The notes beneath the pieces are model-generated. The model was not told where the DNA came from, made no database searches, and saw only the letters and a program-made list of their open reading frames with translations. A stretch of 63,645 bases of DNA, counting the filler, from Octopus bimaculoides (taxonomy: Eukaryota), in the NCBI RefSeq assembly GCF_001194135.2. It is 5 parts of 5 records of this genome, joined end to end, with 100 filler letters (N's around TTAATTAATTAA, not from the genome) between each part and the next. Parts side by side here need not be neighbours in the genome. Positions count along the whole stretch, not along the records: positions 1 to 25,049 come from NC_068981.1; 4 more parts are not named here. One strand, given 5' to 3'. Shown here in pieces: positions 1 through 11,422 of the stretch. The first letter of the stretch is position 1. The number at the start of each line of letters is the position of its first letter. Made by a program: the position numbers and the translations under genes.

Positions 1-789
1 ATATATATGTATGTATGTATGTATACATTCCCATACACACGATGTCTATATGAGGATTAATTATCTAGGTAAGTGTGGTAAGCTCTGTCACGTATATTTC
101 AGGTATGTTCTAGCCAAATCAAGGAGAAAGAAGCATGAAAATAGCTTAGGGGAAGCTATCCCACTACAATTCTAATGGTTAAACCCAGGTTGGTTTCACC
201 AGATTATGGATATCTTCGGAAGTGTAAATCAAAGTAACTACAAGTAATAGTGCACGGAGAATCGTGCATCTTCAAATTTCTTCTGTTATTTAACAGTTAA
301 TTATACAGCATGATAGGCTTGTTAAAATGACAAACACGTGTTTCTATTGCATAGAATATGTGCAGTTGAATATGAAATCCACAATATCCAACTATTCACC
401 TTCATTTAGTTTCTTATAAGCGTGATCCGAAGCAAACAATGTCTATTTCTGCGTGGCTAGCTTAAATGATTGTACGATATTTCGTGGAACAAAAGGATAG
501 TGAAGGTGTGATGTTGAAAACTGATTTGGCAATAAAATTTACTATGTATTTTACCTCCTGTAAACCCTAGTTCCAGAACGAAACTTCGTCTTCAACCCAT
601 TAAATTAAGTTAATATAGATCTGAGTGTTCTAATATCCTAAGAAATACCACCTCTCAGACGATGGCTAACAAAGAGTATTGTTTTACATTTTGTACTTTA
701 TTATTCTAGCTAATTTTAATCAGTTGATGAAAATAGTTGTTTTAATGACGCAATCGTCGTAGTCGCACTGTTCAACAATAAGAAAATGT

Positions 790-969
790 AGATCTATATT
801 TAAAAGATGAGGTATTATGTGCATTATTTACATTATTTACATTTGATGGATATTTGTCCTCATCTTGTTTATTGTTAACACAACGTTTCGGCTGAGATAC
901 CCTCCAGGCTTCATCAGGTGTCTTGGGGAAATTTCGAACCTGGGTTCTCATTCCTAAGGTATTTTTCGA

Positions 970-1011
<42 letters not shown>

Positions 1012-1066
1012 CATTATTCAGGTCACTCCCCAAAATCGAGCTCGGAATCTTGGGGTTAGTAGCCCT
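790..1066 (-). mobile_element. Composite SINE-like element: tRNA-like 3' half + (TAA)n + spacer + minimal hammerhead + (TGTAAATAA)n tail
   Basis: Minus strand reads GAGGG-CTACTAA-CCCCA-AGATT-CCGAG-CTCGATT-TTGGG-GAGTGACC, i.e. anticodon arm, 5-nt variable loop and T-arm/B-box at tRNA spacing. It continues with (TAA)n at 970-1017, a hammerhead at 877-922 and a 9-mer tandem at 822-843. The tRNA 5' half is replaced by the LINE at 1067. The left boundary is approximate. Confidence 0.7.
877..922 (-). ncRNA. Minimal type I hammerhead ribozyme motif (Penelope-like element type)
   Basis: Minus strand: GACAC CUGAUGA A GCCUG-gagggUAUCU-CAGCC GAAAC GUU/GUGUU. Stem I is GACAC:GUGUU, the CUGAUGA and GAAA cores are intact, stem III is the palindrome AACGUU, and predicted cleavage follows GUU (between 882 and 881). 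Stem II has one C.C mismatch. Confidence 0.75.
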
Positions 1067-1615
1067 CGCAACTGTATGGCATATTACCAGCCAATGTACG
1101 CCACTAGCCCAGAAGGAATATAACAGACGCCACGACAATATAGCCAGGCTTGTCCATTGGACCCTCTACAACAAGTATGGACTTGACAGAGCAAAAAATT
1201 GGTACGACCACAAACATGAAGGCATCGTCGAAAATAGAAATGCAAAGATCCTATGGGATTTTATGATTCAGTGCGACCATCAGATAGAGAATAGTAAACC
1301 GGACATAGTCTTAATTGAGAAAGAAAACAAACTATATATGATCATAGATATAGTATGTTCAGCTGACAACAAGGTATACGATAAGGAAGAACGAAAAGTT
1401 GAAAGATATGAGAGGTTAGCTTGGGAAATTAAGCAGTTATGGTCGATGAAAAAGGTAGCAGTAGCACCAATAATTGTCGGAGCTCTGGGAACAGTGGGCA
1501 AAAATCTCGAGAAGTACGTGGAACGAATAAGGGCTGCAACAAGGGTGGAGCACCTGCAGAAAACAGCACTGCTTGGAATCGCTCGAATATTCCGGAAGGT
1601 GCTCATGTTATTTAA
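1067..1615 (+). mobile_element. R4/Dong-type (RLE) non-LTR retrotransposon fragment: CCHC-knuckle tail + restriction-like endonuclease
   Basis: Translation TVWHITSQCTPLAQKEYNRRHDNIARLVHW...KILWDF...KPDIVLIEK...IIDI...PIIVGALGTV shows the RHD and PD-(D/E)xK motifs. No 3' UTR or TAA tail is retained. Confidence 0.85.
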
Positions 1616-2802
1616 TTGTATGAAGTACAAGCAATAAAATGTGAGTTTGTAAATAATATTGCCCAAGATTTCTTTTTCACTTGAATTGAAATCCTGTTAC
1701 AAAGAAAAAAAATCATTGGACGCAGTAGAATGGTTATTAAATGGATTCACATCAACTATATGCTCAGTCAATTCTTCTACATTAAAGAAAGTCAACCAGA
1801 CAAATAAATCATAAGTAAAATTTATTAGTGATCATTAATAAAATAGAATTAGCCTAATTCGTTACTTCACCTAATTTGTCACTTTCAATTTTCTCCTAGG
1901 GATGACTAATTAGGCGAAATCTACTGTATTTTCTTTTTATCAATTTTATTTCATTTCATTTTTAAGATACTGCTTTTTTTAAAAAAATAAGTTCATGAGC
2001 TTAAATATAGATTTAAACAATTTTAATTAATTCTTTTTCTGAAAATAATAAAAATTATTAGGGCTATAAATGAAAAGACATTCTTAATGTAAGTCCATAA
2101 CGTTAAAATCGGTTGGGTTTATTTTTGGAAAAATCCAGTTTTTATAATTTTTTTGTTTTAATAAAATATAGTACATTTCTAAAATGTTATTCTCGGCTGG
2201 AATAGTTTAAGCACAATAGAATTTTAACTTAAAGTACTTTTTAGTTTCTTTTAGCGGTGCAGAATTAGGCAAATTCTATTGTAGAAACCTTGTTCTTTAT
2301 TTTTTTATGTGTAATAACTTAAGAATATTAACATGCACGTGCNNNNNNNNNNNNNNNNNNNNNNNNNNNNNNNNNNNNNNNNNNNNNNNNNNNNNNNNNN
2401 NNNNNNNNNNNNNNNNNNNNNNNNNNNNNNNNNNNNNNNNNNNNNNNNNNNNNNNNNNNNNNNNNNNNNNNNNNNNNNATATATAGTACTTGTGTATATA
2501 AAAGAGACCACTAACTGGTCTGTTAATATGCTAAAAAAAGATCACTTAAAAAATTCTCAAAGAAAGATTCAGCGGAGCAAAAACAGGCGCCTCTCCGTAA
2601 CTGTATAAGATGCATGTTTCAAAAGCCATTTTTTAGATACACGTATTCCAGGGAATAGATTATGTAAATTTATCATTTTAGTCAGGCCTGACATGCTTTA
2701 ATTGAAAGTATTGTTAGTAAATCAATTATGTGATGACGCAGTGTGAACAACTTTGGTGCAATAATTATAGATCATTACCATCATTTTCACTGGCGTATAT
2801 AT

Positions 2803-2982
2803 CTACTCTAGGCACAAGGCCTGAAATTTTGGGGAAGAGGACCAGTCGATTAAATCGACCCCAGTACGCAACTGCTACTTTATTTATCGACCCCGGCGGA
2901 ATTTGATTTCAGTACGTAGAGACGGATGAAATACCGCTAAGCATTTCGTCCAGCGTGCTAACGATTCTGTCAGCGCGCCGCC
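2803..2982 (-). mobile_element. tRNA-derived SINE (family B, GGCGGCGAGCTGGCAGAATCGTTAGC-type head) with 18-bp TSD
   Basis: Head GGCGGCGCGCTGACAGAATCGTTAGCACGC and GGGGTCGATTTAATCGAC core. Exact direct repeat TTTCACTGGCGTATATAT at 2785-2802 and 2983-3000. Confidence 0.85.
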
Positions 2983-4129
2983 TTTCACTGGCGTATATAT
3001 AAACATGAATGTAAACAACACCATATTACAAATGAAGGATATACTACAGCATCGGGGAATCGGATTCTAGCATCTGGATATATACACAGGCAGTGCAAAA
3101 AGAAACCACTTTCACTGCCTAACTACTTAACTAAGACGTCGTTATTGATGAGGAAATCCAACATTGATAAAAGAGGCCCCAGTGTATATATGTCGTCTTA
3201 TTCCATTTGAACCCTGATAGATTAGAAGTAGTAAATATTTAACCATCCATCTGTTTTATTACCTAAGCTAAAACGAACTATAACACTGTATTTCTGACGG
3301 TTGGGTATAATTTGGCTTCTACTTCTAGAAACTCATTCATATTTCTTTCCCAATAATTTCAGAGATGACGTTTATTTTTAGCAAATGTAAATTTATCCAT
3401 ACTTTTTAAAACGCACATCATACTTTGTGAGAAAATTAATGGGTTAATGGTTTATGATGGAGAAGGTGCTTAACAGGAATTCTTTTTATTCATCATAGAT
3501 ATCTTATGAAACAAATAATATCAAACTCTGAATACATTGAGCAATCATGCTTCTTGTACGCATTTTATATATGTATTCACATATTATCTATAAACCATCA
3601 TCAACGTATTCTCAATGTCTCTGAAGCAATTTCTTACTGTTTCGCGAGAGCAAAGTAAAGTTATTGCAGATGTATTATTTCAGAACACGGCCTCATTCAT
3701 ATTACTGCCATTAATCTTAATATAAAGAATCTCTATACAGAATTAAATTCCCTACGTGAATATCTACTAAAAATAATGATTAATACCTGAACTTATTCCA
3801 TATTTGTTTTCTTGGTTACCTGCTTTCATCAAATGTAAACTTGTTTTCAGTTTTTGATAGGTTTAATATAAATACATATATAAACATATACGGGATTTTA
3901 CGTACATGTTTTCAACTGTAAAATATGTATATAAATATGTATAATTGTAATTCCTAACTACTAGTATAGGCAAACGGTTAGTCACCTAAATATATAAGTA
4001 TAAATATTCAGCCTACAATAAGCTGGTTAAATATTTGCTGCTTCCTCTCTATCAGGGTTCAGTGCATCTTTTCCTGTAAAGTAGAAAAAAATAATTCAAG
4101 GCGAAATGCAGAATAGTTTATTATTTTTA

Positions 4130-4345
4130 TTTCTTACCTGTATCTTTTATATTTTATTTGTTTCAGCTGTTGTGCCACCATATTCCAGGAATTTGACGAA
4201 CAATTCGTCCTCAGTATTTATGTAGTTTTCAAGTCTGGTACTTATTCTACCAGTCTCTCTTGCCGAACAGCTAACTCAGGAGGACGTAACTATACCCACA
4301 CGGTTTGTCAAACGGTGATGAGGGAGGGAAGGCATAAACCCAGGG
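4130..4345 (-). mobile_element. SINE family A (microsatellite-containing octopus SINE), 3' half, degraded
   Basis: Reverse complement of the ttgacaaccg...gttcggcaa...agaataagtac tail seen at 19300-19495 and 44640-44850, next to (CA)n/(TA)n. Confidence 0.65.
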
Positions 4346-4382
4346 ACAAACACACACAGTTACACACACACGCACACACGCG

Positions 4383-4417
<35 letters not shown>

Positions 4418-4779
4418 ACACACATAAATACGCAAACACAAGCTTGCGCACACGCACACACAGAGACACACCCACACAGCTAAACATTTTGAACTACATA
4501 ATGAACACATACAATCTGTTTTCTAGCATGTAACCAAGTAAAAACATCTGCCACATTCTGAATTCCCATATATGCGTAATTAATCACTCGATTACATTTT
4601 TAGAATGACATCGAACATTTATCTGATTGATGCCGTGATTGATGCTTTGCATTCATGTGAATGCGTAGATTCTTAAAAATCGTGGGATGAGAAGTTATCT
4701 TCTGAAAAAGTGACAATTTGAATTGCCTGTTCAGGAACGTTCACTAGTGGGGTTGGCAGTATTAAGGGACAGGTGACTG

Positions 4780-5800
4780 AAAGTAAGTCATACTGCGAAT
4801 GCCTTTCTCTTTTGGTACACACTTTTCACGCAAACTTGAAATCCAAATTTTCTCCCCAACATAAGTGGTTCTCTATCTGTATAGCACACGCAGATATTAT
4901 TCCACAAAAGATTTTATGAATCAAAGACAGGTTAAATATTCACCAAACTATCTGAGGTTATGAATTCAACGATACAGAAACTGCGCTTTATGTGAACATA
5001 CCTTGAATACACCAAGAACTAGGATGACGATGGTACACCTGTTGATTAATCTAGCTGAAGAGAACATGATCCAGCTGCTGCTGAATTGATCTCCTGCACA
5101 CATTGATCCTTGATAGCGCTGATCCTTCTCTTTATAGTATTGTTCGATTTTGAAGCAACTGCTATTTGTTTTTTGTTTTTGTTTTTGTTTTTGTTTTTTT
5201 TAATCTGATAAATTTTGATAATTAGAAATTTCATCAAATCACTTTGATGAAATTTATGCTTTGGATATCCACTCAAGTATTCTCGTGAGATCATTGTCAT
5301 CCAGCTTAAATTTAGACATAAACTCAGCCGAAAAAAAAAAAGATGAGTGAATTATTTAAAATATGAAGACTCTACATTTCAAAAGCAAGCACAAAAATAC
5401 TGCACCGTTGAACATTCACATCCATCAGGAAGCTGGGCTCTACAAACTGCAGGACTTTTCTCCCTAGCCTTCAATGTATGCATACTATATATGAATGTAT
5501 ACTATACATACATGCTTGTACTTATGTATGTGTGTGTGTGTACAAACACGAGTATAAATAAAAGTCGAAAACCCCAAAATACTACCTTGATGATACTGCT
5601 GAAATATTCTTCAGTAAACAAATTCAATCTGTGAATTTTTATTCCGTATCTCGCTCTCTTAATTGTCTATTAACCTCCGTGTAAAGCGAGTGGTTGATTT
5701 TATGGTATAATGTATAAGAATTGGAAGGCTTTGTTCTGTCAGTTGCCAAAATAGTTTGGTGTTCAAACAAAAACGTAATAGAAATTACAGCTTTATGAGT
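4780..5800 (-). mobile_element. Degraded hAT (Charlie/Buster-like) transposase remnant
   Basis: Minus-strand peptides ILATDRTKPSN, SKSNNTIKRRISAIKDQ...SLQLD and WNNICVCYTDREPLMLGRKFGFQ resemble LSNNTISRRI...FALQLDE and CTDGAPAMLG of hAT transposases. Multiple stops. Confidence 0.55.
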
Positions 5801-6100
5801 TTTGTTCCTTTTCACACTTGACTTCTCAGCCGTTCTCATTTCACAAGATGCCAATCTTTTTACCATTCACTTACAAATCGAAAAGTTAGAAATCGTGACT
5901 TCCTTCGTTCACACAACACAATCTTTTATCGGCAAAATTGAGTCATCTGTTATTCCTAGATACGTGCAAATGAAGACAGGTTATACCTCAAAGTGTCACA
6001 TGAAATCCATAAGACATAAATAGGTAAGTGGACAGTATATAAATGTGTATATGCGTGTGTGTGTGTGTGTGTGTGCGTGTGTGTGTGCGCGTGTGTGTAT

Positions 6101-6134
<34 letters not shown>

Positions 6135-6139
6135 TTGTG

Positions 6140-6360
6140 CCTGTTTTTCTCCCCCATCACCGCTTGACAAACGGTTTTGGTGTGTTTACGTTTCCGTAAC
6201 TTAACGGTCCGGCAAAAGACGTGGAGACGATATAATAAGTACTAGGCTTAAATAATAAACCCTAGGGTCGATTTATTGGACTAAAAAGCCCTTCAAGGTG
6301 GTGCTCTTACATGATCTCAGTCAAAAGACTGAAGCAAGCCCAAAAGAATAAAAGAATACA
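6140..6360 (+). mobile_element. SINE family A, 3' half
   Basis: ccgcttgacaaacgg...cgtaacttaacggtccggcaaaaga...gggtcgattt...aaaagaataaaagaata following (TG)n. Confidence 0.8.
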
Positions 6361-6759
6361 ACTCGATGAACTCAGATATATATAAATTTCAAGATATATA
6401 ATCTAATACACACGTGTAGAAGCAGTTCCAAGTATACGCTTTTAGCCCCAGTTATGTATTAGTTTTTACTTTTCAAGTCATAGCTTTGTGTAAATAAACT
6501 AAATTAACAGAAATGCCGAAAATATTTAGACAAGCAAAACCCTGTAATGAGCGGCTTAGATGGGGTTATAGTGGATCATAAATCTGCCAACACATTCCTG
6601 TGCTGAAGCATTAGCTTTTATGCATACACACACACAAACACACACACGTGCAGCAACGCATACATACAGCCTAGACTCTCACACGCGCGCTTATTCATGT
6701 GTGTGTGCGTGTGCGTGTGTGTGTGTCTGTTGCCTGTGTGCATGCGTGTGTGTGTGTGT

Positions 6760-6797
<38 letters not shown>

Positions 6798-6934
6798 CTG
6801 TTGCCTGTGTGTATGCGTATGTGTGTGTGTGGCTGTGTGTTATTTGAATGTTGCAACAATATAACATGGACGACATATTTTGGAAAGTTGAGGGCAAAAG
6901 AAATATTAGTTTGTTACCTTTTATTTATTTACCA

Positions 6935-6973
6935 GTTCTAATAATTCGGGACTAAAATCCTTCATCAGAAGAC
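6935..6973 (-). ncRNA. Degenerate minimal hammerhead motif (Penelope-type)
   Basis: Minus strand: GUCUU CUGAUGA A GGAU-UUUA-GUCC C GAAU UAUU AGAAC. One substitution from GAAAUAUU (palindrome AAUAUU); stem I pairs at 4 of 5 positions. Confidence 0.45.
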
Positions 6974-7923
6974 TGCGGTGAGGAACATCTTGGAGGTGTG
7001 ACACTGTTATTATAGTCTCCCCTTGTTGCTGTCTATGTTTTTTTAATTTCTTTCGTCATTGTAGTTGCCAGAAATATGAAGATGAAAACATGTGTGGACT
7101 GTCAGAAAATAGTGCGTTGTTCGAATGCTACACAAGTGCGCATTTTTGTAGTCTTTGAAAAATGCACTACGTTATATGTATATTACACACAAAGCTATAA
7201 TGTATANNNNNNNNNNNNNNNNNNNNNNNNNNNNNNNNNNNNNNNNNNNNNNNNNNNNNNNNNNNNNNNNNNNNNNNNNNNNNNNNNNNNNNNNNNNNNN
7301 NNNNNNNNNNNNNNNNNNNNNNNNNNNNNNNNNNNNNNNNNNNNNNNNNNNNNNNNNNNNNNNNNNNNNNNNNNNNNNNNNNNNNNNNNNNNNNNNNNNN
7401 NNNNNNNNNNNNNNNNNNNNNNNNNNNNNNNNNNNNNNNNNNNNNNNNNNNNNNNNNNNNNNNNNNNNNNNNNNNNNNNNNNNNNNNNNNNNNNNNNNNN
7501 NNNNNNNNNNNNNNNNNNNNNNNNNNNNNNNNNNNNNNNNNNNNNNNNNNNNNNNNNNNNNNNNNNNNNNNNNNNNNNNNNNNNNNNNNNNNNNNNNNNN
7601 NNNNNNNNNNNNNNNNNNNNNNNNNNNNNNNNNNNNNNNNNNNNNNNNNNNNNNNNNNNNNNNNNNNNNNNNNNNNNNNNNNNNNNNNNNNNNNNNNNNN
7701 NNNNNNNNNNNNNNNNNNNNNNNNNNNNNNNNNNNNNNNNNNNNNNNNNNNNNNNNNNNNNNNNNNNNNNNNNNNNNNNNNNNNNNNNNNNNNNNNNNNN
7801 NNNNNNNNNNNNNNNNNNNNNNNNNNNNNNNNNNNNNNNNNNNNNNNNNNNNNNNNNNNNNNNNNNNNNNNNNNNNNNNNNNNNNNNNNNNNNNNNNNNN
7901 NNNNNNNNNNNNNNNNNNNNNNN

Positions 7924-7956
<33 letters not shown>

Positions 7957-7958
<2 letters not shown>

Positions 7959-9204
7959 AGGGTTGGACAAAATAATGGAAACATTTAGCATCATGGCATC
8001 ATAATTTTGAAATATCTATAAAGCCATTAAAACCTTGGTTATTTCTATGTCTTTTGATTTATTATAAGTGTTGCTGAATATGTTTTGCTAAAATGGCTCT
8101 TGCTTTTCTGATATCATCAGAAAAAAGCTAATTAACATTCATTAAACTAACAGATCTATCGGACTTTCAAAGAGGTCCAATTGTTGGTGCTCGTATGGGT
8201 GCCACTAGTATAACAAAACACCCGAAATATTGGTATATAAAGAGGTACTATCTCGAAAGTAATAACAGCCTTTGAGAAAGAGTGGGAAACCTCGTCGAAA
8301 CAAAACTTCGAAAGAAAACCAAAACTTTCAGATAGGAACCGTCGGACTCTTCTACGAATTGTTAGAAAGGAGCACAAAAGTGCATCTCCACATTTTACTG
8401 CAGCGTTTAATGACCACCTCGGGAACCCAGTTTCAGTTTCCACAAAAATTGTTTGCTGGGAGCTGCACAATGCCGGATTTCACGAGAGGGTTGCAATCAG
8501 AAAATGTCTACTTTCAAAAACAGACGTCGCAAAGCGTTTAGAGTGGTCTAAAAACCTACAGAATGAATCCGTAGAGCAATGGAAGAATATTATTTTATCG
8601 GACGAGTCATCCTTTACCTTATTTTAGACCATCGGCCGAGTATACGTGAGGTGAAAGCCAAAAGAAGTATTTGACCCAGACTGCTTTCTTTCAACTGTTA
8701 AACATGGAGGAGGGTCTGTGATGATCTCAGGGGCTATATCTTGGCAACCTGCCGGCCTAATGGTTTCTCTTCATGGCAGAATTAATAGTCAAGTCAATTC
8801 AAGCATTTTGTCTGATCAAATTCATCTTCTGGTTACGGAACTGTTTCCATACGGAAACACAATATTTCAGGATGATAATTCACAAATCCACACAGCTATA
8901 GTTGTTACTGAATGGCACAAGGAACATTCAAGTGAAGCTGAACATCTTATCTGGCCACCACAGCCCCCAGATCTCAATATTATTGAACATTTATGGTGCA
9001 TTTTAGAAAACAAGTAAGGAGTCGATATCCTCCACAATCATCACGAAGAATGGAGAAAAATTCCTTCGCAAACAATTGAAACTTGTACGAGTCCATACCT
9101 CGTAGAATTCAAAGCTGTAATTACTGCCAAAGGTAGTCCTACTCCTTTTAAAATAAATTTGTTTTGAAATTTTAAGGTGCTTCCATTATTCTGTCCAAGC
9201 CCTG
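7957..9204 (+). mobile_element. Full-length (1248 bp) Tc1-like transposon with DD36E triad; pseudogenised transposase
   Basis: TIRs CAAGGGTTGGACAAAATAATGGAAAC / ...TTCCATTATTCTGTCCAAGCCCTG with TA on both sides (7955-56, 9205-06). Peptides DLSDFQRGPIVGAR, IILSDESSFTLF (D 8601), FQDDN (D 8874) and DLNIIEHLW (E 8985) give 36 residues between D and E. Frameshifts and stops are present. Confidence 0.9.
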
Positions 9205-9307
9205 TATATTGCTCTTTTTTTTACCGATGTTGGTGAGTTTACGTCCCCGTAACTTAGTAGTTCGGTAAAAGAGAGTGATAAATTATCTCTATATATTTAT
9301 ATATGTG

Positions 9308-9460
9308 AGTAAAAAAAATGGAACAAAAATGGAAATACAGGACAATAAAGCATTCGGACGCATAGACGATACAAAGACGGACAGGAGAAACAATAATTCA
9401 ATAATTAAAAGGACAGGGAAAAAAAGGACGGATCATTCGTGGACTTCTTTCTTCAGTCAA
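9308..9460 (+). repeat. Dispersed repeat, copy 1 of 2 (copy 2 at 10893-11035)
   Basis: aaaaatggaacaaaaa...cattcgga...atagacgatac...cggacaggagaaacaa...tcattc.tgg.cttctttcttca is shared in direct orientation with 10893-11035. Confidence 0.7.
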
Positions 9461-10892
9461 GATAGCAGATGTCCTTATACTTTCGCGCAGTTACACTTAA
9501 GACAGTTCGATCTGATTACCCCCCAAAAAGTCTAAAGAAAGTTCATTAGATTTTTTTGTAAGAATGCTAGCGAATGTTTACGGCAACAGAGATAAAAAAA
9601 TCGGAGAACATCGTACACAATTACAAATACAAACAACAACAATATAACAACAGGTGTCTCTCGACTGAGAAATAATCAAATTGAGCTGGCTTGTATGAAG
9701 TGAAAGCCTAAGGGCAGGAACATAGGAAGTCATGTCAAGAAATAGAGTTCATGGCTGGCCGGACACCGGTCATGTGAAGGGAAAAGAGAAAATTAGCGGG
9801 CAGCGGCATTGAAGGAATTTTTAAAAATCAAAGTGACAAAGGGAAAGGTATAGGGGCGATGAACGAGGAGGAAAATGTGAGTAAAAGAAAGAGTGGGTCA
9901 AGAAATGTGATACAGAAGGGGACCAGACAAAAAAAAAAGGAAAGAGGAAGAAAGTATAAGGGGGCTAAAATATGGCGTAAAAGAGTCGTACAATATTTAG
10001 ATGCATACTTACTATAAGGTGAGCACAAGTATGTACGTACGCTGCTATATATATNNNNNNNNNNNNNNNNNNNNNNNNNNNNNNNNNNNNNNNNNNNNNN
10101 NNNNNNNNNNNNNNNNNNNNNNNNNNNNNNNNNNNNNNNNNNNNNNNNNNNNNNNNNNNNNNNNNNNNNNNNNNNNNNNNNNNNNNNNNNNNNNNNNNNN
10201 NNNNNNNNNNNNNNNNNNNNNNNNNNNNNNNNNNNNNNNNNNNNNNNNNNNNNNNNNNNNNNNNNNNNNNNNNNNNNNNNNNNNNNNNNNNNNNNNNNNN
10301 NNNNNNNNNNNNNNNNNNNNNNNNNNNNNNNNNNNNNNNNNNNNNNNNNNNNNNNNNNNNNNNNNNNNNNNNNNNNNNNNNNNNNNNNNNNNNNNNNNNN
10401 NNNNNNNNNNNNNNNNNNNNNNNNNNNNNNNNNNNNNNNNNNNNNNNNNNNNNNNNNNNNNNNNNNNNNNNNNNNNNNNNNNNNNNNNNNNNNNNNNNNN
10501 NNNNNNNNNNNNNNNNNNNNNNNNNNNNNNNNNNNNNNNNNNNNNNNNNNNNNNNNNNNNNNNNNNNNNNNNNNNNNNNNNNNNNNNNNNNNNNNNNNNN
10601 NNNNNNNNNNNNNNNNNNNNNNNNNNNNNNNNNNNNNNNNNNNNNNNNNNNNNNNNNNNNNNNNNNNNNNNNNNNNNNNNNNNNNNNNNNNNNNNNNNNN
10701 NNNNNNNNNNNNNNNNNNNNNNNNNNNNNNNNNNNNNNNNNNNNNNNNNNNNNNNNNNNNNNNNNNNNNNNNNNNNNNNNNNNNNNNNNNNNNNNNNNNN
10801 NNNNNNNNNNNNNNNNNNNNNNNNNNNNNNNNNNNNNNNNNNNNNNNNNNNNNNNNNNNNNNNNNNNNNNNNNNNNNNNNNNNNNNNNNNNN

Positions 10893-11035
10893 AAAAAATG
10901 GAACAAAAACACAATAGTGGACAACAAAACATTCGGATAGATAGACGATACGAAGGCGGACAGGAGAAACAAGAATTAGAAGGGCAGGGAAGAAGATTGA
11001 CGGGTCATTCTTGGCCTTCTTTCTTCATTCATATA
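10893..11035 (+). repeat. Dispersed repeat, copy 2 of 2
   Basis: Diverged direct copy of 9308-9460. Confidence 0.7.
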
Positions 11036-11044
11036 TGTTTGTGC

Positions 11045-11086
<42 letters not shown>

Positions 11087-11224
11087 TTGGGTAGATGTAT
11101 TTATTTATTTATGCCTTTCAGCCAAGTGGCTGCAATCATGCTGGAGCACCACCATGTATACATATGTACGCAAACATCTTACATACATCATACAGACACA
11201 ACTAAATACAAATAAACAGACAGT

Positions 11225-11283
11225 GAGATACAAATTTAGATAGATAGACAGATAGATAGGTAGATATATAGATAGATAGATAA

Positions 11284-11314
<31 letters not shown>

Positions 11315-11325
11315 TATAGACAGAC

Positions 11326-11396
<71 letters not shown>

Positions 11397-11422
11397 CAGA
11401 CAGATACATAGATAGATAGATG
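11225..11422. repeat. (GATA)n / (GACA)n tetranucleotide microsatellite
   Basis: Read directly from the sequence. Confidence 0.95.

Noticed and set aside
918-1637. 239-aa ORF with an apparent hydrophobic signal/TM stretch as a host gene
   Set aside because: The poly-Leu is the (TTA)n repeat. The ORF is a read-through of the antisense SINE into an R4/Dong RLE fragment.
3088-3134. Hairpin AGGCAGTG...CACTGCCT followed by CTAA as a Helitron 3' end
   Set aside because: CTRR is not followed by T, no 5' TC end or other Helitron evidence was found, and the stem is short.
7076-7994. Long ORFs spanning N runs (also 10.0-10.9, 12.5-13.0, 16.6-17.3, 33.6-34.2, 42.5-43.3, 44.2-44.6, 49.9-50.7, 54.0-54.6, 56.1-56.5 kb)
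   Set aside because: They are artefacts of X translation across gaps.
9430-9500. GAAA...CUGAAGA on the minus strand as a type II hammerhead
   Set aside because: Stem II strands do not pair and stem III is mismatched.
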